Shown: piece by piece, positions 16,424-26,786 of the stretch
Layout: each line of letters begins with the position of its first letter
Numbering within the stretch: the first letter of the stretch is position 1
The notes under the pieces: generated by a model
What the model saw: the letters and a program-made list of their open reading frames with translations, nothing else
Databases searched by the model: none
Told to the model about the DNA's origin: nothing
Translations under genes and position numbers: made by a program
Source of the DNA: a virus
Direction: 5' to 3' (one strand)
Length of the DNA stretch: 64,000 nt
IMG/VR virus record: IMGVR_UViG_3300031787_000068
Span: 1 to 64,000 of that record

Positions 16424-17382
16424 GAGAAATATTAAATTATGAAAATTTTAGTCCATTACACGAATCTAAAAAGTATGAAAATTTAAGATCCGTCACTAAG
16501 ACTTGGGGAGGAGATTATATTTTGGACGTGGTAGACTACCAAAAAAATGGAACTTCTCCTTTAAAGGGAAATCTTCTTGTAGCAAAAGACAGCGGAAAAG
16601 CTGTTGCCCTCACCTATCTTGATTCGGACGGAAGAGAAGCTAAATACCTATGGATTCCTTATTTTGGAGCATACATAAATAGAAATACAAGAGGAGGAAT
16701 AGGGTCCATCAAGATATCTCAATATAAAAATTGGTTGTCTCAGAACCAATCAAACCTAGAGGAATTTTTAGATGGATTTGAAGATTCCATAGAAAAAGAA
16801 AAAGGGGAAAAAGAAAAAACCGTAAGCTTACAAGCTCAAAGAGATTTAGACCTTATATTAGATATGTATGGAATAAATTCCAATATTAAAAAATTCGAAA
16901 AAGGAGATAGAGAAAATGAGTGGAGATCTGAATTGGAGAATGGATTTGTAGTTATAATAAAAAAGAGATCTGCGGAAGACCTAGTTGGGGAATTTAGGAT
17001 ATACCCCAAAAAAGATTCGGAAATCCCCTACATAGAAATAAACACGGAAAAAAACTCAGAAGGATTTAACTTTAGAAGACCGGGGGAAGACAGGATCGTA
17101 AGGAAAATATCAATGGTAGACCTTAAAAAAGACCCAGTTGCTAACTATCTATTCAAAAAAATATCGGGAATACAAGAATACGAAGATGAAAAATCCCTAT
17201 TGGAGTATTTTGAATCTATTATTAAATCGGAAGATACTAGTTATTATATGTCAGACGATCCTAGATCTTATAGCAGAGGAGAATCCCAAAGAAAAGAAAT
17301 AGATTTAGTCTCTAGTCTTCTGGAAGACTTTTTAACTTCCAAAAAAATAGAAGATATCTACACCAAAAATAGAAAAAAATAG
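16420..17382 (+). CDS. Hypothetical protein, putative head cargo
   Basis: Tag MREILNYENFSPLHES; ATGA overlap with the previous gene. Confidence 0.6.
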   Translation: MREILNYENFSPLHESKKYENLRSVTKTWGGDYILDVVDYQKNGTSPLKGNLLVAKDSGKAVALTYLDSDGREAKYLWIPYFGAYINRNTRGGIGSIKISQYKNWLSQNQSNLEEFLDGFEDSIEKEKGEKEKTVSLQAQRDLDLILDMYGINSNIKKFEKGDRENEWRSELENGFVVIIKKRSAEDLVGEFRIYPKKDSEIPYIEINTEKNSEGFNFRRPGEDRIVRKISMVDLKKDPVANYLFKKISGIQEYEDEKSLLEYFESIIKSEDTSYYMSDDPRSYSRGESQRKEIDLVSSLLEDFLTSKKIEDIYTKNRKK

Positions 17383-17409
17383 AAACTTTTCCCTTCTATT
17401 TTTCTATTA
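17382..17409 (+). promoter_or_regulatory. Putative middle promoter GAAAC-N18-TATTA
   Basis: Upstream of ATG 17416, which begins the run of genes containing the Nudix hydrolase. Confidence 0.35.
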
Positions 17410-17415
17410 TCTTAG

Positions 17416-17703
17416 ATGAAAATTGATGAATCTTTTGTCCTAAATAAAGGAGAAACCCTAATCTTAAAAAAGAAAGGCGGTTTTACATATTTAGAATTTA
17501 CTAGAAGGAACGAAAAACACCTCAATGACATTATAGAATTGGAATATAGAAATTCCAGGAGCAAGAAAAAAGATCCTTCGGTTTGGATAATAGAAAAAGA
17601 TTTTATTAATAGAATTTCTTATGAGATTAATTCATGCGGATTCGAATTCCATAAGATAGTTAAAGTAGAAAAACCAAATAAAAAGGATCAAAATGATTCA
17701 TGA
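17416..17703 (+). CDS. Hypothetical protein
   Basis: 95-aa ORF coupled to the next gene. Confidence 0.6.
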   Translation: MKIDESFVLNKGETLILKKKGGFTYLEFTRRNEKHLNDIIELEYRNSRSKKKDPSVWIIEKDFINRISYEINSCGFEFHKIVKVEKPNKKDQNDS

Positions 17704-18338
17704 TGAGAAAATTAATTTCTTTATTCAAAAATAAAAAAAAAGACCCAAAGATGGAAACTAAGGAGAAAAATTTAGACGATTTAAGATTAAAGTACCAGGG
17801 AATGATGTTTGAATGGATTAAAGGGGATTTATCGGGATCCACTAATCTATTCAAGGAAGTCAGACAGACCGGAGAAAATTTTTTCATAGAATTCATGGAA
17901 GGAGGTAGAATAAATGAGGATCTTGTGGAAGAATATACTCTTTTTTATCCGGCTCCTCAAATAAATACCAATCAAATTCAAGTGGCTCCTCAAAAATCCT
18001 CCACGGTAACTTCTATAGTTTATGGAGGACCTAATCAAAATCACAGCGACTTTGATTCTCCTATTTACAATCTCTTAAGGAAGCAGAAAAAAAATATGGT
18101 AGAGGTTTCAATTAAAATTGAATTAAATCTTCCTTCTAAAGAGCTCTATGGAGTTTTATCTTCTTCTTTTGAAGATGCTGAAAATGAAATTATAAAATTT
18201 GTAATTGACGGAGTAGATATAGAAGATATTAAAAAATCTCTTTCCGAGTCGATAAGAAGAAATTATTATTCCCCTAATACTTCCCCTGAAAAAAATTCCA
18301 TAAAAAAGATAAATAAGGAAAAAGATACTAATGAGTAA
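17700..18338 (+). CDS. Hypothetical protein
   Basis: 212-aa ORF overlapping its neighbours in an operon-like way. Confidence 0.65.
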   Translation: MMRKLISLFKNKKKDPKMETKEKNLDDLRLKYQGMMFEWIKGDLSGSTNLFKEVRQTGENFFIEFMEGGRINEDLVEEYTLFYPAPQINTNQIQVAPQKSSTVTSIVYGGPNQNHSDFDSPIYNLLRKQKKNMVEVSIKIELNLPSKELYGVLSSSFEDAENEIIKFVIDGVDIEDIKKSLSESIRRNYYSPNTSPEKNSIKKINKEKDTNE

Positions 18339-18915
18339 CGAAGAAAAAATACTATACAGTTCCGAAAGGTTCGATTTGGTAGATTTGGGGGAAAATACCG
18401 GGATAAGAACCAAATTGGATTCCGTTTTAATTCTTCCTTTTACCTCCGACGATAGAGGAATACCCCTTATGTTAGGAGTATTAAACGAAAGAAATTTATT
18501 TAGAAGTGGAGGGTATGCTTTATCCGTGATATCAGGGAGTCCAGAAGACGAGGATCCCAATATTCTTTCAACAGCCCAAAGAGAACTTCTGGAAGAGACT
18601 GGATTCGATGTACAAGACGAGGAAAGATGGTATTTTATCGGAACATTAACAGGTAGTAAATTTGTAGATTCTGTTCACCCTTGCTTTGCTGTTGACGTCA
18701 CTGGAATAGATCCCGGAGAACCTAAGACCGATGGGTCCGAACAGGAAAAACTTTCAAAATTTACATTAATCCCCGCTAATGATATTATATCTATAGAAGA
18801 TCCTTTTATTTCTGCTTTGTTTCTTAGAATTTTTAAATATGTAGTTGGAATAGACATATATAATAGGGAGGATTCTATATTTTCCAAAAAGAAAGAAATA
18901 AACACTGAAATTTAA
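18331..18915 (+). CDS. Nudix hydrolase
   Basis: Nudix box GSPEDEDPNILSTAQRELLEETG. Confidence 0.85.
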   Translation: MSNEEKILYSSERFDLVDLGENTGIRTKLDSVLILPFTSDDRGIPLMLGVLNERNLFRSGGYALSVISGSPEDEDPNILSTAQRELLEETGFDVQDEERWYFIGTLTGSKFVDSVHPCFAVDVTGIDPGEPKTDGSEQEKLSKFTLIPANDIISIEDPFISALFLRIFKYVVGIDIYNREDSIFSKKKEINTEI

Positions 18916-18919
18916 TAAA

Positions 18920-19213
18920 ATGAATAGAGCACAAAGAAGAAGAATGCTTAAAGATGCAGGTTTGTTGGGAAAACAAGCAGAGAAAAAAGGAATAAAAATA
19001 GATAAAAGAGAATTGAACTCCCTTATAAAATCAGGGGAAGATAAAAGAAGATCAGATCTCCAAAATATAAAAAATAAAAATATATTAGAAGGAAAAGGAG
19101 AAAAGAATACTTCAGAGGAGTATATCCAATTTGTTACTTATCCTACCGATTCTTACAGCGGGTTATCTGAATTTTTAACAAATCCCGACTGGGAGGACAC
19201 AGGAAACGATTAA
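18920..19213 (+). CDS. Small basic hypothetical protein
   Basis: MNRAQRRR start, a pattern common in phage small proteins. Confidence 0.6.
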   Translation: MNRAQRRRMLKDAGLLGKQAEKKGIKIDKRELNSLIKSGEDKRRSDLQNIKNKNILEGKGEKNTSEEYIQFVTYPTDSYSGLSEFLTNPDWEDTGND

Positions 19214-19557
19214 TGGAAGCTATCATGTCGGAAACTAAAAGCTTGGTTTTTTATATTTCTAAATATACCCCAAAAGAATCCAAGAAAAGAATAGAAGATC
19301 CCTTAGACCTTTATATAGTAGACATTTCAAAAATAATAAAAGATTTAGGGTACGATACTAAAAATTTATCTCTACAATCTGAATTTATACTAAATTATTC
19401 AATTCACAAAAAAATTATTCATGGAATATATAATAGTAAATGCGAGGGTATTCTCATTTGCTACAGGGGTAATTCTCCAGATTTTGTGGATAATTTAATT
19501 TCATTTATCGAAGAATTACAAGAACCAATAGAATACTCCTTCAATTTTATAAATTAA
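19213..19557 (+). CDS. Hypothetical protein
   Basis: 114-aa ORF; TAATG coupling. Confidence 0.55.
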   Translation: MEAIMSETKSLVFYISKYTPKESKKRIEDPLDLYIVDISKIIKDLGYDTKNLSLQSEFILNYSIHKKIIHGIYNSKCEGILICYRGNSPDFVDNLISFIEELQEPIEYSFNFIN

Positions 19558-19569
19558 AATTAGAGGTTT

Positions 19570-21477
19570 ATGTATTACTATGATGTAAATGATCCAACTA
19601 CTTCGACCAACGGTGGGCAGGTCCTTGCAGGAACACCTATTCAGGAGCAGGCTTTAAATTCTAATGCATCTTCCATAGTAAAAAGATATAGTAATATAGG
19701 GGGGGATAATCCAGCAAAATCGGAACATCCTCTTCCCAGAAGTCTCTTCTACGACGGAGCAAAATTAGATCCGGATTCGAAACAGGCAGAAAAGTATGGA
19801 CTTTTTATGTTCTATTCTTTTGGTGGAGGACAAAATAATTTTTTGGACCAATATTATCTATCGGAAAGATCTGAATATAATAGATTAATATCTACCCCGG
19901 CTTCTAAGAATCCAACGGCATTTCAACTTGTAAAAGACACATCTCAATATAGCCCTCTTCTTCTTTCTACTGGAAATAGCACTACCGAGGGAAGTCCTAT
20001 AAAAGGAGGTTTACATGCACCCTACTACTGGAAAGACTTTATATATTGTAAATATTACGGAACAATACCAAATAACAGGCTGATAACTTTAAGGAGATTT
20101 AGTTCTCCAGTATTAGATAATTTCTCCCTTCCCCCTGGCTTAAAAACTCCCGAAAATCAAAAATTGGGAGTTGGTATGCCGGTTGCTCAAGCAGTTACAT
20201 GGTTTGGGGGAAATAGCGGAAATAGATTATCAGATCTTATCGGGTTTTCAACAGGATTAGCGTGGGGTACCGAGAATATTAACGAGGAGAGGATTCAACA
20301 AGCTTTTGGTGACGGTCTACTAAATTCAACCGCATTTAAAACTCTAACGAGTTTAACTACAGCTTTTTCCGCGACTAATACAGGGAATGAATCCGACGAA
20401 GATTTTACTATTGGAGCAGAAGCTATAGCAACTTCTCTAAGCGCTGCTGGAGACGATCTAACAAAAAGTAGATATTTTAGAGCATTCTATGACGCTATAA
20501 AAGAGGACTCTGATGGAAGATTCGGAATTCTTTCGGAAAGAATTTGGGTTCCTGTAGATGTGATAAAAAATACATCATATAGAACTTTTGGACTTGAATT
20601 TACGTGGACTGATTTGGTTCTTAAATTTACTTACGATTTAACTTCGGCAGGAGAAGTTAATACTAAAGCTGCTATGTTTGATATATTGGGAAATCTACTC
20701 TCTATAGGAACAAATTATGGTAATTTTTTAGCTCCTTATATAAGATACGATTCGAAATATTCTGCTTTAACCTTTCCTGGAGGAGACGATGGTGCTAGAG
20801 ATTTTAATACAGATCCTGCAAAATTCATTTCGGATAATTTAAGTAAACTATTGGTATCTGACAATTCTTCTTCTAGAACAATAGGGGGGAGTGAAATTAA
20901 TAAAAGTGAACTTGAAGATTTTAAGACACAGCTACAAGAGCTATCCAAGCAGTTTAAAGAGGGAACAGTTACTTTCGAAGAAGGAGGACTTTTTGATAGG
21001 ATTATAAAGGGAATAAAATCTGGACTAGGAAAACAGGCCGCCGAAGATTGGCAAGCCCCTTTATCTCTTTATACCGGAGCTGCAATAGGGGAATGGCACG
21101 TTGTTTTGGGAAATCCATACAATCCTATCGCAATGATAGGGAATTTGATTTGTACTGATGTTAGTATAGATTTTGGGGATTCCTTAGGACCCGACGATTT
21201 CCCGAATACTTTAGAAGCATCTATTACCCTTCAACACGCAAGACCAAGAGAAAGAGGAGAAATAGAAAGCATATTTAATCAGGGAGATGGGCGTCTTTAC
21301 CAAAATGTTAAATCTACTACAGCAAATGCACAAACTTACAACGCCACAGTAGATCTTGCAGGCCAGGTATTTACCCAGAGAAGTGTAAACTCGTTCTTCT
21401 CTCCAGAAAATGGTGGAGTCGCTGGAAGTGGGTCTCCTACCACATTCGGTGATATTGAGCTAGGAGAAAGAGAATAA
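19570..21477 (+). CDS. Putative tail-tube-fold baseplate protein (gp48/gp54-like)
   Basis: C-terminal WHVVLGNP...GNLICTDVSIDF...DDFPNTLEASITL pattern of tube-fold proteins; immediately upstream of gp53- and gp27-like genes. Confidence 0.45.
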   Translation: MYYYDVNDPTTSTNGGQVLAGTPIQEQALNSNASSIVKRYSNIGGDNPAKSEHPLPRSLFYDGAKLDPDSKQAEKYGLFMFYSFGGGQNNFLDQYYLSERSEYNRLISTPASKNPTAFQLVKDTSQYSPLLLSTGNSTTEGSPIKGGLHAPYYWKDFIYCKYYGTIPNNRLITLRRFSSPVLDNFSLPPGLKTPENQKLGVGMPVAQAVTWFGGNSGNRLSDLIGFSTGLAWGTENINEERIQQAFGDGLLNSTAFKTLTSLTTAFSATNTGNESDEDFTIGAEAIATSLSAAGDDLTKSRYFRAFYDAIKEDSDGRFGILSERIWVPVDVIKNTSYRTFGLEFTWTDLVLKFTYDLTSAGEVNTKAAMFDILGNLLSIGTNYGNFLAPYIRYDSKYSALTFPGGDDGARDFNTDPAKFISDNLSKLLVSDNSSSRTIGGSEINKSELEDFKTQLQELSKQFKEGTVTFEEGGLFDRIIKGIKSGLGKQAAEDWQAPLSLYTGAAIGEWHVVLGNPYNPIAMIGNLICTDVSIDFGDSLGPDDFPNTLEASITLQHARPRERGEIESIFNQGDGRLYQNVKSTTANAQTYNATVDLAGQVFTQRSVNSFFSPENGGVAGSGSPTTFGDIELGERE

Positions 21478-21487
21478 AAATAAAATT

Positions 21488-22072
21488 ATGTTAAATATAG
21501 ACACACTATCAGTAAATAAAAGGATTTTCAATCCCAACCCCGAAGATCAATCAAATTCTTTTGGAATATGGGATTTGACTCAATCCTCTGTAAATTACGA
21601 GATAAATAAATTGAATGCCAGAAAATTCTATAAAGTTACCTCTGATCTAGTTATGAGGCCCGATCTCATATCTCTCTATAATATAGGGGATCCTGAGTAT
21701 TGCGGATCTCTAATGAAAATAAATGGAATTTCTAATCCTTTTTCCATAGATGAAGGGAGAATACTAATTATACTATCTAGGGATGTAATAAAAAAGACGT
21801 ACGAAATAAAAACCAAGGAATTATCTCAGTCATCAAATTCCTCTAGTAGCAATTCTTTGGACAATCTCAAGAAAGCTCAGGAAGATAAAATATTTAAAGT
21901 TAGCGAGGGGAGAAAAAATTTCCTTGAGAAATCAATTAAAAATAAACCCGTTGCTGTACTTCCTCCTAACGTTTCTCAGCCGGGAGATCGTAAATTCTCT
22001 AGAAAAGGATCGGTATTTACTTTTGCCCCGGATTCCGGAAGAGGAGGATTTAATAAACCTACAAAGAAATAA
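21488..22072 (+). CDS. Baseplate wedge gp53-like (LysM-like) protein
   Basis: YKV...MRPDLISLYNIGD...LMKINGISNPFSIDEG. Confidence 0.7.
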   Translation: MLNIDTLSVNKRIFNPNPEDQSNSFGIWDLTQSSVNYEINKLNARKFYKVTSDLVMRPDLISLYNIGDPEYCGSLMKINGISNPFSIDEGRILIILSRDVIKKTYEIKTKELSQSSNSSSSNSLDNLKKAQEDKIFKVSEGRKNFLEKSIKNKPVAVLPPNVSQPGDRKFSRKGSVFTFAPDSGRGGFNKPTKK

Positions 22073-22073
22073 T

Positions 22074-23585
22074 GTGAGGGAAATTAAGATAAATCAGATA
22101 TCATTAAATGATATAAAACTGGATCAGCAGTTTCTTATAGTAGATGGAAACGATCCGTCGAATCCAAATTATAATGCAGGAGAAAGAACGGGGGTTGAAA
22201 AACCATTTATAAGCATAAACGGATATCCCTTTAGTGAATATTTAACTTCTTTCAATTTAGATTTAACGGGGTTTATCCCCGTTTTATCCTTTTCTTTTTA
22301 TTCTGGTAATTCCACTTTTATATCGGTAAATTACCCTAAAGACGGAGATGTTGTTTCTCTTTATATTTCTTCCCCGGAAGGATACTATAATCCAATAAGG
22401 ATGGATTTTAATATACTCTCAGTAAAAAGCAATGTTTCTAGTAAATATTCTCAATCGGGGAGTGCCCCCGATCCCGAAGGATCTCAATTTAGATTTTATG
22501 TAACCTCAGAAGCTAAAATACCCTCTTTGTATACTCCGGTAATAAAATCTTTCAGAAATAAAAATTCTTATGAGACTTTATTGGAAATTTCTCAGGATTT
22601 AGACCTTGGATTTTCGACCAATGAAACTTCAACAGAAGATACAATGACGTGGATTTGCCCTAATTATTCCTATTATGATTTTATACAGGAGGTCTGTCTA
22701 AGAGCTTATAAAGATGACGATTCGAGTTTTTTTGATTGTTGGATAGATCCTTATTACAATTTAAATTTCGTTAATCTCGGGTCCCAGTTTGGGTATAGCG
22801 GAATCGTAAAAGAAGAAATAGTTTATGCAGTAGGTTATTATTCTAATTCAAACTATAAACCAAACGTAAAAATAAACGGAAGCGCAAAACCAGAAATAAA
22901 AAGAGCTTACTTAATATTAAGAAATAAATTAGACCCGGGGGTTTATCCTTTTGGTATAAATGGGTATACATTAGTTTCTAATTCCGGGACAAATGTAAAT
23001 AAAACCGGATATGTGGTTAATATAGGATTTTACGATGAAAACCTGGAAGAAGAAAAGCCAGAAAATAAATACATAAACTATGACATTGAATCTTTAACTA
23101 GCAAGGAACTTATTAAGGGTCAAATACTTCAAAAAGGGAGAAATGATGATGAGTATAAAAGAGAAAAAAGGAGAGAATGGCTGGGGATTCTTAATCGAAA
23201 GGACGAAAGCGGAGGGGTTCATATCAACTATTTACATTCTAAATACCAAAATCTAATAAATTACAACGACTGTACTAAATTTTCCCTTAAAGTAGAATTG
23301 GATGGGTACTTTGCTGGATTTTATAGGGGACAAGTAGTTCCTGTTCATATAGAGGTTGGAAAATCTAATTTAAGGTCTCAAAACGTAGGAAATACCCCAG
23401 GGAATGAAAAAAACACTACCCAGGAATTTAAAACTGATATTTTCCTTTCCGGGAACTATGTTGTGATGGGAATTGAAATTTCATGGTCTTCTGGATTTAG
23501 ACAGATACTCCATCTATGTAAAAGAGATTGGGTAGTTAATAGAGCAGGAGGTCTTCCGAAATCTTTCCCTTTTGTTTTAGAATAA
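22074..23585 (+). CDS. Putative baseplate hub (gp27-like)
   Basis: Position after the gp53-like gene; C-terminal GFYRGQVVPV...LSGNYVVMGI...QILHLCKR. In-frame GTG 22074 follows the upstream stop, whereas the ORF-track start 21924 overlaps the previous gene by about 150 nt. Confidence 0.55.
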   Translation: MREIKINQISLNDIKLDQQFLIVDGNDPSNPNYNAGERTGVEKPFISINGYPFSEYLTSFNLDLTGFIPVLSFSFYSGNSTFISVNYPKDGDVVSLYISSPEGYYNPIRMDFNILSVKSNVSSKYSQSGSAPDPEGSQFRFYVTSEAKIPSLYTPVIKSFRNKNSYETLLEISQDLDLGFSTNETSTEDTMTWICPNYSYYDFIQEVCLRAYKDDDSSFFDCWIDPYYNLNFVNLGSQFGYSGIVKEEIVYAVGYYSNSNYKPNVKINGSAKPEIKRAYLILRNKLDPGVYPFGINGYTLVSNSGTNVNKTGYVVNIGFYDENLEEEKPENKYINYDIESLTSKELIKGQILQKGRNDDEYKREKRREWLGILNRKDESGGVHINYLHSKYQNLINYNDCTKFSLKVELDGYFAGFYRGQVVPVHIEVGKSNLRSQNVGNTPGNEKNTTQEFKTDIFLSGNYVVMGIEISWSSGFRQILHLCKRDWVVNRAGGLPKSFPFVLE

Positions 23586-23616
23586 ATATCATTTCGGATA
23601 AATAGAATAAAAAGAT

Positions 23617-26115
23617 ATGAGTTTCGGATTTTCAGGAGCTACGGATAGAAATAGGTATAGGTTTCTAAGCGGCTTTAAACTTAATGATCAAGGGAAAAAC
23701 GAGGATCCAACATATCTTGGGTTTTCGGTAGATTTTGATTTTGGGGTTTTGGATATAGATTTAGAATATGGAACCCCAATAAGTCCTCTTTTTAGGGATT
23801 CGAATTATGAAAACCCCACCGGAAGAAACCTATTCGGACAGCTACAATATATTGGAAGAAGCGATCCTAGTGTTCTTTTTTATTGTGCCCAAGGCTATTT
23901 AAACGAGAGAGAAAAAAGAGTAGGTCAGGGATTCCCGGAGGGAGGAGGAAAAAGATCCCAGATGCTTAAACAATTTAAAATCCTTTTAAGGGACATAACT
24001 AGAAATCAGCCTTGGTTTTTTCAATCTATAGATGGACTAGATTCTTTATATAAAGTTGCTAGACCAGGATTTCAAACGGAAACACTGGAAAGCGACTTTA
24101 ATCCATCCAGAGCTGCAACCATAACCATCAATACATTAGAATCCCTAAATCTTAGAATTACTGCTTTAGCAGATCTCTATAATCATGCCACCTTCGATTT
24201 CATAAATATGAGGGAAACTATTCCTCGAAATCTTAGAAGATTTCGAATGTATATTTATGTTACCGATTTGAGAAATTTCTTTAAGACCAATAGGCTTATT
24301 AATTCGTCTACTACTCTTTCCACTATAAATAATTTTTCAAATCTTTTAGGATCAGGTATAAATCCCGGGAATAGCTTATCCGGGGGAACCCTAGATAGTA
24401 CAGGGGATTTTCCGGACGATACAGGAGCACAGGGAGGAGTTGTCGGAAATGTTCTTGGCGATATAGCAAGATCCGAAGGAGTTACCAATCAACAAGACCA
24501 ATCTGGAATAAAACCGGTAATACTTTTGGAATGCAGTAATTGCGAATTTGATTTTACTGATACCTCTCCAATAGGTAATAGTATAAATGCAGGAACCGAT
24601 TCCGGAGATCAACTAGGACAGAGTTTTAAAATCCACGTAGGTAGAGTTAGAATAAGAAGTCAATACCCTAATATAAGGCTCGACAAAAATCCTCTAATAA
24701 TTTCTGACGATGTATTCACAAATAAAAGCTCACTTCAAAAATATGAAGGAGATCCTTCCGGAAGAACTCTATTTGGGGTAGACTTAGGAGGATCGGATTT
24801 AGCAGAACAGGGAGCAAGTGTTCTTAATAATTTTATAGGAAATACTGTAAATGATCTTTATGATAGAGGAGTTCAGCTAGTATCAGATGCTCTTAGTGGG
24901 GCTGATCAATTGTTATTAGGAAATATATATTCTTTTAATCCTTCTCAGATAACAGGATTTTTATCTGGAAATACCTCCAATCTAAGTCTTAATACTATTA
25001 GAGATTTTGCTAATCAAAGTTCTCAAGTTGATTTAGTTTCTTCTTTTGAAAACGGATTACCAAACCCTCAAACTACGGGACAAGGAGGCCCTCCTCAAAA
25101 TACATATCCTCCTGGTATTTTAACGAATTTAGATCTCTATAGTAAAGTTCCGGGCCAGGATTTAGGGGTTACCCCTCCCGGATCCCCTACAATAGGAAGG
25201 GTTTACCCTCAATTAAAGCCAGAAGACGTTTATAACGGAGTTCCTGGCGGAGATTTAGGTGTTCCCCAAAGAGTTTACAAAGATCCTGAGGGAGATGTAT
25301 ATGGAAATGTTCCGGGAAGTGATCTCGGTCCTCCCCAGAGACTTTATCTTTCACCGGACGAAGGGGATAGATATCCTGAAGTTCCTGGAAAAGATTTAGG
25401 AGTTCCCCAAAGAGTTTATCCCTCCCCCGGGGGAAATTTAGATTCTTATCCTGACGTTCCGGGAAAAGATCTTGGTGTTCCCGAAAGAATATACCCAACC
25501 GTGACGGAAGATTTTTATCCTGATGTTCCGGGAAGAGATCTAGGAGTTCCTAACAGACTATACCCAGAAGTAAAAGACGATGTTTACCCAGAAGTTCCAG
25601 GAAGAGATCTAGGAGTTCCTAATAGGCTATACCCAGAAGTAAAAGACGATGTTTACAAAGAGGTTCCGGGAAGAGATCTAGGGGTTCCGGAAAGATCATA
25701 CCCTATCGTTAAAGACGATGTTTATAAAGAAGTTCCCGGAAAAGACCTAGGAGTTCCAGGAAGAAGATATGATGGAGTTAATCAAAACGTTTATCAAAAT
25801 TCTCCTAATGTATCCAATCAATTAAATCCTCAGCCTAGAATATATGAAGATGAGCCAGCAAAAAATCCAGGAATCCTAGGAGATGTTTATTTGAATCAGA
25901 TCGAAAACCCTAGTGAATTTAAAACCAAACCTTCCCCGGTTTATCCTAGAGAAGAAACTAAATACTTTAGAGGAAATCTAGGAGATCTATATCCTCCAAC
26001 AAGAGAAGATTTTAATCCGGACGAACCTGGGGATTTAGGAAACTTAAAACCTAAAGATTCGTATAATATAAGTCTCGGAGGTAAAAATCCGGATCCTACT
26101 AAATTTAATTCTTAA
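23617..26115 (+). CDS. Virion structural protein: tube-like N-terminal region plus 23-aa Pro-rich tandem repeats
   Basis: EDPTYLGF, PWFFQSIDGL, LESLNLRI, RFRMYIYVTDLR in the baseplate cluster; repeat block in the C-terminal half; GATAAATA variant at 23597..23604. Confidence 0.55.
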   Translation: MSFGFSGATDRNRYRFLSGFKLNDQGKNEDPTYLGFSVDFDFGVLDIDLEYGTPISPLFRDSNYENPTGRNLFGQLQYIGRSDPSVLFYCAQGYLNEREKRVGQGFPEGGGKRSQMLKQFKILLRDITRNQPWFFQSIDGLDSLYKVARPGFQTETLESDFNPSRAATITINTLESLNLRITALADLYNHATFDFINMRETIPRNLRRFRMYIYVTDLRNFFKTNRLINSSTTLSTINNFSNLLGSGINPGNSLSGGTLDSTGDFPDDTGAQGGVVGNVLGDIARSEGVTNQQDQSGIKPVILLECSNCEFDFTDTSPIGNSINAGTDSGDQLGQSFKIHVGRVRIRSQYPNIRLDKNPLIISDDVFTNKSSLQKYEGDPSGRTLFGVDLGGSDLAEQGASVLNNFIGNTVNDLYDRGVQLVSDALSGADQLLLGNIYSFNPSQITGFLSGNTSNLSLNTIRDFANQSSQVDLVSSFENGLPNPQTTGQGGPPQNTYPPGILTNLDLYSKVPGQDLGVTPPGSPTIGRVYPQLKPEDVYNGVPGGDLGVPQRVYKDPEGDVYGNVPGSDLGPPQRLYLSPDEGDRYPEVPGKDLGVPQRVYPSPGGNLDSYPDVPGKDLGVPERIYPTVTEDFYPDVPGRDLGVPNRLYPEVKDDVYPEVPGRDLGVPNRLYPEVKDDVYKEVPGRDLGVPERSYPIVKDDVYKEVPGKDLGVPGRRYDGVNQNVYQNSPNVSNQLNPQPRIYEDEPAKNPGILGDVYLNQIENPSEFKTKPSPVYPREETKYFRGNLGDLYPPTREDFNPDEPGDLGNLKPKDSYNISLGGKNPDPTKFNS
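25132..25785 (+). repeat. Nine in-frame tandem repeats of about 69 bp / 23 aa (DvYxxVPGxDLGVPxRxYp)
   Basis: For example DFYPDVPGRDLGVPNRLYPEVKD / DVYPEVPGRDLGVPNRLYPEVKD / DVYKEVPGRDLGVPERSYPIVKD. Confidence 0.9.
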
Positions 26116-26783
26116 TGCCGTCTAATAAATCTTATCTAGGAGTAATAGTTGATATAGCAGACCCTTTAAAACAGGGTAGAGCTAGGGTTAGAGTTTTTGG
26201 TATATTTGACGATATACCAGTTGAAGATCTACCTTGGGCAGAGCCAGGAACTGCATGTGAATATTTCGGTGGAGGTGGAGGTGGAGGAGCTGTAAGTGTT
26301 CCTAGAGTAGGTGCTGTAGTATATTGTTCTTTTGAAGGTGAAAATTATTATAAATTGTATTTCGATACAATAAAGGAATTTTGTCCTGAACTTGTAGATG
26401 AAATGAATGAAGAAAATTCTTATGAGGGATTTCATTCCATAATATATGATACAGAAGCTCAGCCTGGACCTTTAAAATTATTTTATAGCCGAAAAAAAGG
26501 TCTAGTTTTTGAGTTGGGGGAAGCTAAAGTTCAATTGGATACCCAAAACGGAGGAAAATTGAGAGTTGTCCTAAAGATGGGAGAAGACGAAATAAGAATG
26601 GAAAACAATAAAGTTATCGTAAATTCCTTAAATATAGAATTGGGGGAGGGAGCAGTTCAATCTGTAATACTTGGTGATCTATTTAAAACTATATACGATA
26701 CCCATACCCATGCGGGAGCAGGATCTCCTCCTGTCGTTCCTCTCCCCACTTCAGTATTAAGTAAAACCTCTAAAACTAAGTAA
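26115..26783 (+). CDS. Baseplate central spike, gp5/gpV-like OB-fold, without a lysozyme domain
   Basis: YLGVIVDIADPLKQGRARVRVFG...LPWA...VPRVGAVVYCSF; C-terminal HTH (His-x-His) metal-binding tip motif. Confidence 0.85.
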   Translation: MPSNKSYLGVIVDIADPLKQGRARVRVFGIFDDIPVEDLPWAEPGTACEYFGGGGGGGAVSVPRVGAVVYCSFEGENYYKLYFDTIKEFCPELVDEMNEENSYEGFHSIIYDTEAQPGPLKLFYSRKKGLVFELGEAKVQLDTQNGGKLRVVLKMGEDEIRMENNKVIVNSLNIELGEGAVQSVILGDLFKTIYDTHTHAGAGSPPVVPLPTSVLSKTSKTK

Positions 26784-26786
26784 CCT

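Noticed and set aside
21924-22073. ORF-track N-terminal extension of the hub gene
   Set aside because: It overlaps the gp53-like gene by about 150 nt; GTG 22074 directly after the stop is more plausible.
25132-25785. CRISPR-like array (period about 69 bp)
   Set aside because: The repeats are in-frame coding units with synonymous variation, have no unique spacers, and there are no cas genes.
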